Positions 32,744 to 41,240 of a DNA stretch of 64,000 nucleotides are shown here, piece after piece (within the stretch, counting starts at the first letter, position 1; every line of letters begins with the position of its first letter). A model generated the notes under the pieces. That model saw nothing but the letters and a program-made list of their open reading frames with translations, had not been told where the DNA came from and did not search any database. The stretch is taken from contig JAZNFP010000059.1 of assembly GCA_045576095.1 (NCBI GenBank), positions 9,911 through 73,910 of the forward strand, given 5' to 3'. The position numbers were made by a program, and so were the translations under genes. This DNA is from Eubacteriales bacterium. GTDB taxonomy: Bacteria; Bacillota; Clostridia; Oscillospirales; CAG-272.

Positions 32744-34081
32744 TTATTTCATCCTTTTACGGAGAATTTTACCCTCTTCCTCGTAGCCGGGCTTGCCGAG
32801 AAGCGCAAACATATTCTTTTTGTAGGACTCGACACCGGGCTGATTAAAGGGATTGACGCCAAGCAGATAGCCGGAAACCGCGCAGGCGAGCTCAAAGAAG
32901 TAGATCAGATAACCGAGCGAATAGGGAGTGCGATCCTTGATCTCAATGAGATTGTTCGGAACGCCGCCGTCGTTGTGAGCAAAGAGCGTAGCGACCATCG
33001 CGGTTTTATTGACCTCGTCAAGCTCCTTTCCGGCAAGGAAATTCAGCCCGTCAACATTCGCATCGTCCTCGGGAATCACAAAGGATGCTCCCGGATTCTT
33101 CACGCAAAGCACCGTTTCAAAGAGGTCGCGTCTGCCCTGCTGAATATACTGACCGAGCGAATGAAGATCGGTCGAAAAAACCACCGAATCGGGCAGGATT
33201 CCCTTATTGTCCTTCCCCTCACTCTCACCGAACAGCTGTTTCCACCACTCGTTGAGCATCAGCATATACGGCTCATAGCCAACCATGATCTCGATGCTCT
33301 TGCCGCGACGGTATAGGATGTTTCTCGCCGCTGCATATTTCAAAACGTCGTTCTTAAAGAGATTCTCCGAAGCATAGGCAGCGCGCGCCTCCGAGGCACC
33401 GCGCATCAGCTCACGGATATCAATACCGGCAACTGCGATCGGAAGAAGACCGACGGCAGTGAGAACCGAGAAGCGACCGCCGACGTCGTCGGGAACCACG
33501 AAAGTCTCAAAGCCACACTGATCGGCGTACTTCTTGAGCGTTCCGCGCGAGCGATCGGTGGTAGCGAAGATGCGGCTCTTGGCGCCCTCGACACCGTAAC
33601 GGTCGGTAAGAAGCTTCTTAAAGACGCGGAAGGCGATCGCCGTTTCGGTCGTTGTTCCGGACTTTGAGATGACGTTAACGCAAACATCCTTGCCCTCACA
33701 GATCGAAAGAAGCTCGGTCAAAGCAGTCGGGCTGATATTGTTACCCGCAAAATAGATGTCGGGCGTATCCTTCTTGAGATTATTGTAGAGCGGAGATTTT
33801 ACGAACTCGATTGCAGCGCGTGCGCCAAGGTACGAGCCACCGATTCCGAGAACGACGAAAATATCGCAGGAACTCTTAATGCGCTCGGCTGCGGCCTCAA
33901 TCCGAACGAACTCCTCGCGATCGTAATCATCGGGCAGGGATACCCAGCCGAGGAAATCGCTTCCTGCGCCGCTTCCCTTCTTCACCATACGAAGCGCCTC
34001 CTTGGCAAAGGGCGCCATTGACTTCCATTCTTCCTTTGAGATCACCTCGGAAAGAAAATCGGTATTATACTGAACAGCCAT
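32744..34081 (-). CDS. pgi: Glucose-6-phosphate isomerase
   Basis: ...[15 protein letters not shown]..., ...[13 protein letters not shown]..., ...[11 protein letters not shown]..., ...[11 protein letters not shown]... are canonical Firmicute-type PGI motifs. Confidence 0.95.
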   Translation of the reverse strand: MAVQYNTDFLSEVISKEEWKSMAPFAKEALRMVKKGSGAGSDFLGWVSLPDDYDREEFVRIEAAAERIKSSCDIFVVLGIGGSYLGARAAIEFVKSPLYNNLKKDTPDIYFAGNNISPTALTELLSICEGKDVCVNVISKSGTTTETAIAFRVFKKLLTDRYGVEGAKSRIFATTDRSRGTLKKYADQCGFETFVVPDDVGGRFSVLTAVGLLPIAVAGIDIRELMRGASEARAAYASENLFKNDVLKYAAARNILYRRGKSIEIMVGYEPYMLMLNEWWKQLFGESEGKDNKGILPDSVVFSTDLHSLGQYIQQGRRDLFETVLCVKNPGASFVIPEDDANVDGLNFLAGKELDEVNKTAMVATLFAHNDGGVPNNLIEIKDRTPYSLGYLIYFFELACAVSGYLLGVNPFNQPGVESYKKNMFALLGKPGYEEEGKILRKRMK

Positions 34082-34132
34082 TGTTATCCTCCGTTTTTTT
34101 GTCGAATTTCCTCACAAATTGACAACATGAAC

Positions 34133-34161
34133 ATTATACATCCTAACAGCGATAAAAGCAA
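34133..34161 (-). promoter_or_regulatory. Sigma-A-type promoter of pgi
   Basis: Minus strand TTGCTT (34156-34161), 17 nt, TATAAT (34133-34138). Confidence 0.6.
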
Positions 34162-34169
34162 GGTCTTTT

Positions 34170-35372
34170 TTAAAATTCTCGTGAAAAAACGACCCTTTGT
34201 AAAAGTTTTATCACAACCTGCCAATAGTTCATCTTGCGGCTTTCGGTCGATGAGCGGATAGGAATCGCTCCAAGCTCTGTATTCCCAATTCGAAAGCGCG
34301 CAAAACCGATCTCGTCACCGATTGAAAGAGGAGCGGAAATCCGCTCGGGAATGGAAATCTCACAGACAACGCCGGAAAGCTCGCTCTTTTTTATAACCGC
34401 CGAAAAGCCATCGAGCGTTGCCTCGGCAAATTGCTCGGTTCCGCCGACAATCGGAATCGACGACCATTTTTTCGGCTCAGAGCGATAGAGTGCGTAGTTG
34501 GCAAACCCATAGTCGAGCAAGCGCCTCGCGGCATCGTTGCGAACGTCACGGGTCGGAGCACCCATAATCACCGCAATCAAGGTCATTCCGCCGCGAGTTG
34601 CAGTCGTGCTGATACAGAACTTCGCCTTTTCGGTTGAGCCGGTTTTGAGTCCCGTTGCGCCCTCGTAGTAACGGATGAGGCGGTTGGTATTCGTCAGAGT
34701 GAACGCCCCGTCCCGAATGCTGTCCATCCAAACCGAGCTGTATTTGAGGATCAGCTCGTGCTGAATCAGCTCACGCGACATTTTCGCAATATCGGCGGCG
34801 CTCGTAACGTGATTCTCGGTCGTATCGTCAAGCCCCGTCACATTTTCAAAATGGGAGCTCGTCATACCGAGCTCCGCCGCCCTGCGGTTCATGTCGGCAA
34901 CGAACGCACTTTCACTCCCCGATACGAATTCCGCAAGTGCGACCGCCGCATCGTTCGCCGAAGCAATCACCGTGCATTTAATCATTTCTTCGACGGTCAT
35001 AAGCTCACCTACCTCTAAAAAGACCTGTGAGCCTCCCATGGATGCTGCATGCTCGCTGACCGAAACTTTGTCGTTCAAGCCGATCTTTCCGCTTTCAAGC
35101 GCTTCCATGACAAGAAGCAGCGTCATAATTTTCGTCACCGACGCGGGAGAATACGCTGCATCCGCATTTTGCTCAAACAGAACCGTCCCCGTCTCCGCCT
35201 CCATGAGTATCGCGCCGCGAGCATCGACGGAAAATCCGTAATCGGTGCTTCCGGTCGGCTCACTTTCACCTGAATCGGAAGCAGAAACGGGATTTGCGAA
35301 AAGCATTGCAAAAAGCAAAAGGATCGAAATGAGGGCCATTTTCATACGTATCCGAGCGTTCATGGTAATCAT
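34170..35372 (-). CDS. D-alanyl-D-alanine carboxypeptidase (PBP5/DacB/DacF type)
   Basis: Signal peptide, SxxK (SPASVTKIMT), SxN (ASANDAA) and KTG (LKTGST) motifs. Confidence 0.9.
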   Translation of the reverse strand: MITMNARIRMKMALISILLLFAMLFANPVSASDSGESEPTGSTDYGFSVDARGAILMEAETGTVLFEQNADAAYSPASVTKIMTLLLVMEALESGKIGLNDKVSVSEHAASMGGSQVFLEVGELMTVEEMIKCTVIASANDAAVALAEFVSGSESAFVADMNRRAAELGMTSSHFENVTGLDDTTENHVTSAADIAKMSRELIQHELILKYSSVWMDSIRDGAFTLTNTNRLIRYYEGATGLKTGSTEKAKFCISTTATRGGMTLIAVIMGAPTRDVRNDAARRLLDYGFANYALYRSEPKKWSSIPIVGGTEQFAEATLDGFSAVIKKSELSGVVCEISIPERISAPLSIGDEIGFARFRIGNTELGAIPIRSSTESRKMNYWQVVIKLLQRVVFSREF

Positions 35373-35433
35373 CCTTTCATACCTTTTTCGCTCTATCCTA
35401 TGACGGCCTTTTTTCTTCTATGACTTTTGTGCG

Positions 35434-36006
35434 TTACGGGATAAATTCCTCTGCAACAGCTCCGTAAACGGCAATCGTTTCGTATTTGCCATTTACAAGC
35501 AACGCATCCCGAAGGCTCCCCTCATACCGCATTCTGCATTTCTCCATGACGCGACGACTGGCAGCATGGCTCTCAAAGCATCGAGCCTCGACACGGTGAA
35601 GGTGCAGGTCTATGAACGCAAAGGACAACAGAAGCTCAAGCACCTCGGTTGCGTATCCCTTCCCCCAAAAATCGGGATGGAGAACGTATCCGACCTCAGC
35701 CGATCGGTTCAGCTCGGAAATCAAAGGGAATCCGCAGGTGCCGATCATTTTTCCGCTTGCTCTGTCAACGATCGCCCAATCGTAAAATTCGCCGTTCCGA
35801 TAGAGCTTTTCGGCGTATGAAAGATATTGCCTCGTGTATTCCGGATTCGGATGCGGCAGCCAGAGAAGATACTGCGTAACCGACTCAAGGCGTGCATAAT
35901 CGTACATATCCGCCGTGTCGCCTACACAAAGCCGCCGGAGCAACAACCGATCGCCATTCAGCTCGGGAATTTTTCTGAAAATTTTTCTTATCGAATTGCT
36001 CTTCAA
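35434..36006 (-). CDS. GNAT-family N-acetyltransferase (RimJ/RimL-like)
   Basis: ...VGYVLHPDFWGKGYATEVLELLLSFAF... is the acetyl-CoA binding motif A pattern. Confidence 0.85.
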   Translation of the reverse strand: MKSNSIRKIFRKIPELNGDRLLLRRLCVGDTADMYDYARLESVTQYLLWLPHPNPEYTRQYLSYAEKLYRNGEFYDWAIVDRASGKMIGTCGFPLISELNRSAEVGYVLHPDFWGKGYATEVLELLLSFAFIDLHLHRVEARCFESHAASRRVMEKCRMRYEGSLRDALLVNGKYETIAVYGAVAEEFIP

Positions 36007-36116
36007 TGCGTACAGCCCCGTTTCTCATCTATCTTTAACAGTATATCACACTTTGATGCGAGGCGCAATTGTTTGTAAATATTTTGCAAATAGGTGCAGG
36101 CTCTTCACGAAACGTC

Positions 36117-36145
36117 TTGCATTTTTTGTTGAAATATGCTACACT
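36117..36145 (+). promoter_or_regulatory. Sigma-A-type promoter of the DUF624-like gene
   Basis: TTGCAT (36117-36122), 17 nt, TGcTACACT (-10 at 36140-36145). Confidence 0.5.
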
Positions 36146-36178
36146 TATTTTTGTAGCATACGAAAGGAGCTCTCTGCC

Positions 36179-37180
36179 TTGCAAGACCGCCAGAACCCCA
36201 AAAAAGGATTTCGTCTGTTCGACTCTCAACGTGAGGGAAAGGGCGTCGAAAAATCCGAAATCGACAAAAGCCCAACCTTAAAGCGCTTTTTTCGCTTGTA
36301 TAAGGATAACCTTAACAAGCTTCTGTCCTTGAATATCATGATGGTGCTCGGGCTCTTCCCCGTCATTTTCCTGGTTCTCGGGCTCTCTAACGTTATGACA
36401 ATTGATTTTCTTACCCCCACCTCGGACGTTTATTCGATGCTCCGTGCCATCCTTTTGACCAAGGATTCGCTCTCCCCCTCCGAGCTCATCTCTCTCGGAA
36501 TCGACGGCCTGCAGATCGGAGAAAGCGCGCGCACCCTCTGGAACTATATTTTCCTCGGTCTTTCTCTTCTGACCTTCTTCACCTTCGGCTTTGTCAACGT
36601 CGGGGCGGCTTACGTAACGAGAAACATCTGCATGGGTGATCCCGTGTTCGTCTATTCCGATTTCATCTATGCGATTCGCCGAAACTGGAAGCAGGCTCTC
36701 CCGTTTGGAATGCTGGATCTCTTTCTTTCGGTTCTGATTTTCTTCAATCTTTTTACGATGCTTCAGTCCGGTGGCGGACTTTTTAACGGGATCCTTTTCT
36801 GGGCTAATCTGATTTTCGGCTTGATCTATCTGTTCATGAGAAATTATTTCTACGTTCAGATGGTAACCTTTGATCTCAAGGGATTTAAAATTATCAAAAA
36901 CTCGCTCATCTTTGCGCTCATCGGATGGAAGCGAAACTTTCTTGCCTTCTTCGGATTACTTCTGCTTCTCTTCTTTAACCTGATCTTTGTCTTCGGCTTT
37001 GGCGGCGTTCTGCTTCCCATCGGTATCGCCTTTCCTCTCATCGCCCTGCTCTCGCATTCCACCTTCATGGGAACCTACGCCTCGTATTACAAGATCAAAG
37101 AGATAATGATTGATCCCTATTACGATGAGGACGGAAACGACCTGACGGAGAGCCTTGAGAGCATCAATGCCGAAGCATGA
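36179..37180 (+). CDS. YesL/DUF624-like polytopic membrane protein
   Basis: TTG start 9 nt after AAAGGAG. ...FFRLYKDNLNKLLSLNIMMVLGLFPVIFLV... and 6-7 TM segments. The track start at 35915 overlaps the divergent GNAT gene. Confidence 0.6.
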   Translation: MQDRQNPKKGFRLFDSQREGKGVEKSEIDKSPTLKRFFRLYKDNLNKLLSLNIMMVLGLFPVIFLVLGLSNVMTIDFLTPTSDVYSMLRAILLTKDSLSPSELISLGIDGLQIGESARTLWNYIFLGLSLLTFFTFGFVNVGAAYVTRNICMGDPVFVYSDFIYAIRRNWKQALPFGMLDLFLSVLIFFNLFTMLQSGGGLFNGILFWANLIFGLIYLFMRNYFYVQMVTFDLKGFKIIKNSLIFALIGWKRNFLAFFGLLLLLFFNLIFVFGFGGVLLPIGIAFPLIALLSHSTFMGTYASYYKIKEIMIDPYYDEDGNDLTESLESINAEA

Positions 37181-37223
37181 CGTGAGCGTCTGAATTCTGA
37201 TATCCGCATCAGCCTACAACAAA

Positions 37224-37259
37224 AACCGCCTCTAATCTGCAGAGGCGGTTTTGTTTTTT
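37224..37259 (+). terminator. Intrinsic terminator after the DUF624-like gene
   Basis: AACCGCCTCT-aatctgc-AGAGGCGGTT followed by TTGTTTTTT. It overlaps the last codons of the convergent deacetylase gene. Confidence 0.8.
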
Positions 37260-37915
37260 AGCTCTTCCACCGTAACGAAGCGATAGCCACGGTGCAAAAG
37301 CTCGGGGATCAGACGGTCAAGAGCTTGTATCGTGTTTCCGTTCGGACAGGTATAATCGTGGAAAAGTATAACGTCGTTACCGCGAACCGTGGAAAGCACG
37401 GACTGTACGATTCTATCGGGAGATTTTCCGCGCCAATCCTCCGAGTCAATCGTCCAAAAGACTGCCTCATAGCCAAGTGTGGCAAGAGCCTCGGAGAGCG
37501 CAGGCGGACATTTTCCCTCAGGCGGTCGAAAATAGCGCGGGCGCCGACCGGAAAGCGCATTAATCAGCCCTCCCGTTTTCTCGATTTCATCAGCAAGATC
37601 TGCGGCGCTTTTGTTGTTCGTCTTGTGATCAAAGGAGTGATTTTCAATTTCGTGCCCCTCTGAGATCGCACGCCGAAGCGGCTCCGGATAGTAGCCGACG
37701 TTGCAGCCGAGAACGAAAAAGGTCGCGTGAACGCCGTATTTTTTCAGTACGTCAAGGACTTTTCCCGTATTGCCCGGGTGGGGACCGTCGTCAAAGGTCA
37801 GGGCAATCATCTCCATCCCCTCGCCGACAACGTCAGACGTCTGCGCGCGCACCGAAAGCACGGGCGTCAGAGTCATCGCCGCAAGCACGAGCAGCGCACA
37901 AATCGAGCGCTTCAC
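37232..37915 (-). CDS. Secreted polysaccharide deacetylase (NodB/CE4 domain)
   Basis: Signal peptide, ...IALTFDDGPHPGNTGKVLDVLKKYGVHATFFVLG..., ...HEIENHSFDH... Confidence 0.88.
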   Translation of the reverse strand: MKRSICALLVLAAMTLTPVLSVRAQTSDVVGEGMEMIALTFDDGPHPGNTGKVLDVLKKYGVHATFFVLGCNVGYYPEPLRRAISEGHEIENHSFDHKTNNKSAADLADEIEKTGGLINALSGRRPRYFRPPEGKCPPALSEALATLGYEAVFWTIDSEDWRGKSPDRIVQSVLSTVRGNDVILFHDYTCPNGNTIQALDRLIPELLHRGYRFVTVEELKNKTASAD

Positions 37916-38703
37916 TTCTCCACCGCCGTCAGCTCGTCAAGCGTTCCAAAGGTATATCCGAGATCTCTCCAAGCGCGAATCAGCTCAGGGAGAATTTTTG
38001 CATTCGTTTCCGACGTCGGATGCAAAAGCAAGACCGCGCCCGGATGCGTATGCAAAAGGATCTTCTCTATGGCAGCCTTCGGATCCGGCTGATGCTTGTT
38101 GTCCCAATCGGCATAGGCGAAGCTCCAGAAAACCGTACGGTATCCCATCTCGCACGCCGTACGGAGATTGTCGATCGAAAAAGCTCCCTCGGGCGGTCGA
38201 AAATAACGAGCGATTTCGCACCCGACGGTATCTCTGTAAATCTTCTCCATCCGCTCAAGCTCCGCTTTAAATTCTGCGGCACTTGATCTTGAAAGATTTT
38301 TGTGGCTTGCCGTATGGTTACAAACGAGATGCCCCTCATCAAGCATTCGGCGGACGAGCGGCGTTTCTGCAGTCACCAGATGCTCTAAGATAAAGAATGC
38401 GCAAGGAACCTGCTCGGCCTTCAACACGTCGAGAATTTTCTCAATATTTCCGTTCTCATATCCTGCGTCAAAGGTCAGATACAGCTTTTTTTCAGGATTC
38501 GGGCGGATATCGCAGTACCATCCGCTATGCTCACTCAGAAAAGAGAATTCTCCGGGAAGAACCGGCGTTTTGTGCTCGTCGTTGCGCTTGACGTACCATC
38601 GGTAAGCACCTTCTCCCGAATGTGTGGGAGCGCTATCACAAATACCAAACGGCGCCGTACAAAAACAAGCGCAGGTCAATAACAAAGAAATAAGGGTCTT
38701 CAC
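37912..38703 (-). CDS. pdaA: CE4 polysaccharide deacetylase, PdaA-like (delta-lactam de-N-acetylase type)
   Basis: GTG start 38703 gives signal sequence (M)KTLISLLLTCACFC. ...LYLTFDAGYENGNIEKILDVLKAEQVPCAFFIL... and ...NHTASHKNLS... resemble PdaA. 4-nt overlap with the next deacetylase gene. Confidence 0.7.
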   Translation of the reverse strand: MKTLISLLLTCACFCTAPFGICDSAPTHSGEGAYRWYVKRNDEHKTPVLPGEFSFLSEHSGWYCDIRPNPEKKLYLTFDAGYENGNIEKILDVLKAEQVPCAFFILEHLVTAETPLVRRMLDEGHLVCNHTASHKNLSRSSAAEFKAELERMEKIYRDTVGCEIARYFRPPEGAFSIDNLRTACEMGYRTVFWSFAYADWDNKHQPDPKAAIEKILLHTHPGAVLLLHPTSETNAKILPELIRAWRDLGYTFGTLDELTAVEK

Positions 38704-38803
38704 TTGACACCTCTTGCAGCAAGGATTACGGTCAGATAACCGCAATCTCATTTTGCACCGAGGTGCCGAAGCAAAAACCCGGAAATATTTTGGGGAAACG
38801 ACA

Positions 38804-39319
38804 CTATTCGGAAGAGGAAACAGCAAAAACAAGTGCGCGCATATTGTCGGTAATCTCGCCCCCGTCAACGTCAACCGTAATGTCAGCGTATCGCTCATAG
38901 AGCGGAACGCGCTCGCGGTAAAGATCGTCAATTGTCATACCGCTCGGCATAACAATTCCCCTTTGGCTGTAATCCTTGAGATTTTCCTTAATACGGGAGA
39001 GAGAGGAACGAAGATAAACGACCCGTCCGGTTTTGTAAAGATGCTCCATCGCGTCGGGATAATAGACGGCGCTCCCTCCTGTTGCAATCAAGGTCTCTGA
39101 TGGCGACAGCGAGAGAAGAAGATTACGTTCAAGACGGCGAAAGGCAACAAGTCCCTTTTCTGCAATGATTTCCTGAAGCGGACTTCGGGCACTCTGCTGC
39201 AGGAGAATGTCGGTATCAAGAAATGACAGGCAAAGCACCTTTGCCGCAAGAATGCCGATCGTGCTTTTTCCGCAACCCGGCATCCCGATCAAAATGATAT
39301 TTTTTGATTTCTCACTCAT
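38804..39319 (-). CDS. aroK: Shikimate kinase
   Basis: MSEKSKNIILIGMPGCGKSTIGILAAK...LDTD... The start at 39319 overlaps the GH13 stop by 8 nt. Confidence 0.88.
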   Translation of the reverse strand: MSEKSKNIILIGMPGCGKSTIGILAAKVLCLSFLDTDILLQQSARSPLQEIIAEKGLVAFRRLERNLLLSLSPSETLIATGGSAVYYPDAMEHLYKTGRVVYLRSSLSRIKENLKDYSQRGIVMPSGMTIDDLYRERVPLYERYADITVDVDGGEITDNMRALVFAVSSSE

Positions 39320-41240
39320 TTTCCCTTGCCTTTCGTTCGTTTGAGACCGTAAATACCGCAAACCCGTCCGGCTCAATCGCAATCGTCCGAAAATCCTTTC
39401 TGCCCCCGATCAAGTTTCGAATTTTTCCATTAAACGTCTGCTCGAAAGTGGAATCGGAGCGATTGATTATCAAAAATACGCGCTCATTTTCATCAGATCT
39501 CTCAAAAATCAAACCGTCACTGTCAAGGCGATGCACCGAAAGCTTGCCGCTCCTCAGCGCAGAGCGCTGACGGCGCCACTGTCCAATGGATTTATAAAAA
39601 GACAGCAACGAACGGTTCTCCTTTCCCCACGGAAACGGAAGCCGGTTAAAGGGATCCGAATACCCCTGCATACCCGCCTCATCACCGTAATAGATCATCG
39701 GAAGACCCGGCATAACCGAAAGGATCGCCATCGCCTGCTTCATGCGTTTGATCCCAAGCCGATATCGTTTTTCCGTCAGCCTTTTTGCAAAGAGCTCTGC
39801 GTTCGAATATCCCTCGGGGGAGTCGTCGACAAGCGCCGTGATAGCGCGCGGGGTATCGTGTGTCCCGATAAGATTCATTTGCACGTCAAGGATTCTGCGC
39901 GGCATATTCGGCATAACCTCGTCGAGCAGATAGTGCATCGGCAGAACATCGCCGCCTCGCAGATATTTGATCACAGCCTCTCGGAGCGGATAGTTCATCA
40001 CGCCGTCAAGCTCTTTTCCGAGATAATAGCGCTTACGCTTGCCGTATGCGATCTTGTTCGACGCATCCTCCCAAACCTCGCCGTAAAGAAGCGACTGGGA
40101 ATTCGTTTTCGCAAGGCGTTGCTTTATCCGTGCGATAAATTCGTCGGGGAGCTCGTCGGCAACGTCAAGACGCATTCCGACAATCCCAAACGACGCCCAG
40201 CGGTCAATGATTCCGCCCTCACCGACGAAATACTCAGCACAGCTCGGCTCCGTAAGACGGATGCGCGGAAGAATGTCAATATTCCACCAGCATTCGTAGG
40301 AATCGGGATAATCGTAGAAATGATACCAGGGATAGTAAGGGGACTCCGGGCTTTGCGCTGCGCCAAGCGACGGGAACCTTCCTTTGCAATTGAAATAAAC
40401 GCTATCCGAGCCGGTATGATTGAATACACCGTCAAGAAGAATCCCGATTCCCCGCTGTGATGCCTCGTCAATCAGACGCTTGAGGGAGGCTTCATCACCG
40501 AAAAGAGGATCGATCGACTCATAATCAGCCGTATCGTATTTATGATTGGAGGGGGACGAAAAAATCGGCGTCAGATACAGAAGCGTAACACCAAGAGAAG
40601 CAAGATAGTCAAGGCGCTGTCGGATGCCATCCAGATTTCCACCGTAAACGATATTATTTTTCATCGGCGCGCCGGGATACTCGGGATACTCAAGACACAG
40701 CTCATTCCAATCCGAAACGAGCTCCATTCCGCTTGGCGTCACACGACTCTCACCGCGCGCAAAGCGATCAACGAAGATCTGATATACGACTCCGCCAAGG
40801 TGCTCGGTGGGCGCCGCATAGGCAAAGTCAGAGATCAAAAGCTGATATGCCCTGCCGCCGTCGCTCGCAGTGAGACGGAAGGCGTCGGGGGAAATTCGGT
40901 CGGAATACGCAAGTCCGATGGGTGTCACACAAACGACCGAAAAAAAGCAAAGACCTACCCCGATCGCCTCGGTATCGAGCGAAAGCTCATAAACGTCGCT
41001 TGAACCAATCGAACGACACCAAATGAACGGAATCTCGTGGGTGGCTCCCTCGGTTTCGTTATAAACGCGCAGCAGTGCAACCGAAACGCCGCATCTCCGA
41101 GGAATCTCGACCTTGAAGGATATGGGTTCGCCAAGCTCGGCAGCACGTCGGTCGGCATAGGCTTCATCACCTACGCGACCGACAATTCTGCAGCTTGGGT
41201 TAAAAATGGAATCCGCTGATATATGCTGCTCGTTGCTCAT
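39312..41240 (-). CDS. GH13 alpha-amylase-family glycoside hydrolase (neopullulanase/cyclomaltodextrinase-like)
   Basis: GH13 conserved regions VYQIFVDRFARG, GILLDGVFNHTGSDS, GMRLDVADELPDEF, YGEVWEDAS, NLIGTHDTPR. Confidence 0.88.
   Translation of the reverse strand: MSNEQHISADSIFNPSCRIVGRVGDEAYADRRAAELGEPISFKVEIPRRCGVSVALLRVYNETEGATHEIPFIWCRSIGSSDVYELSLDTEAIGVGLCFFSVVCVTPIGLAYSDRISPDAFRLTASDGGRAYQLLISDFAYAAPTEHLGGVVYQIFVDRFARGESRVTPSGMELVSDWNELCLEYPEYPGAPMKNNIVYGGNLDGIRQRLDYLASLGVTLLYLTPIFSSPSNHKYDTADYESIDPLFGDEASLKRLIDEASQRGIGILLDGVFNHTGSDSVYFNCKGRFPSLGAAQSPESPYYPWYHFYDYPDSYECWWNIDILPRIRLTEPSCAEYFVGEGGIIDRWASFGIVGMRLDVADELPDEFIARIKQRLAKTNSQSLLYGEVWEDASNKIAYGKRKRYYLGKELDGVMNYPLREAVIKYLRGGDVLPMHYLLDEVMPNMPRRILDVQMNLIGTHDTPRAITALVDDSPEGYSNAELFAKRLTEKRYRLGIKRMKQAMAILSVMPGLPMIYYGDEAGMQGYSDPFNRLPFPWGKENRSLLSFYKSIGQWRRQRSALRSGKLSVHRLDSDGLIFERSDENERVFLIINRSDSTFEQTFNGKIRNLIGGRKDFRTIAIEPDGFAVFTVSNERKARENE

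Noticed and set aside
35915-36178. N-terminal 88-codon extension of the DUF624-like ORF
   Set aside because: The extension overlaps the divergent GNAT gene and its upstream region. A TTG with an AAAGGAG RBS at 36179 gives a protein starting just before the first TM region.
38704-38931. N-terminal 76-codon extension of the PdaA-like ORF
   Set aside because: The extension overlaps the 3' end of aroK and contains no signal peptide. GTG 38703 gives a proper signal sequence directly at the N-terminus.
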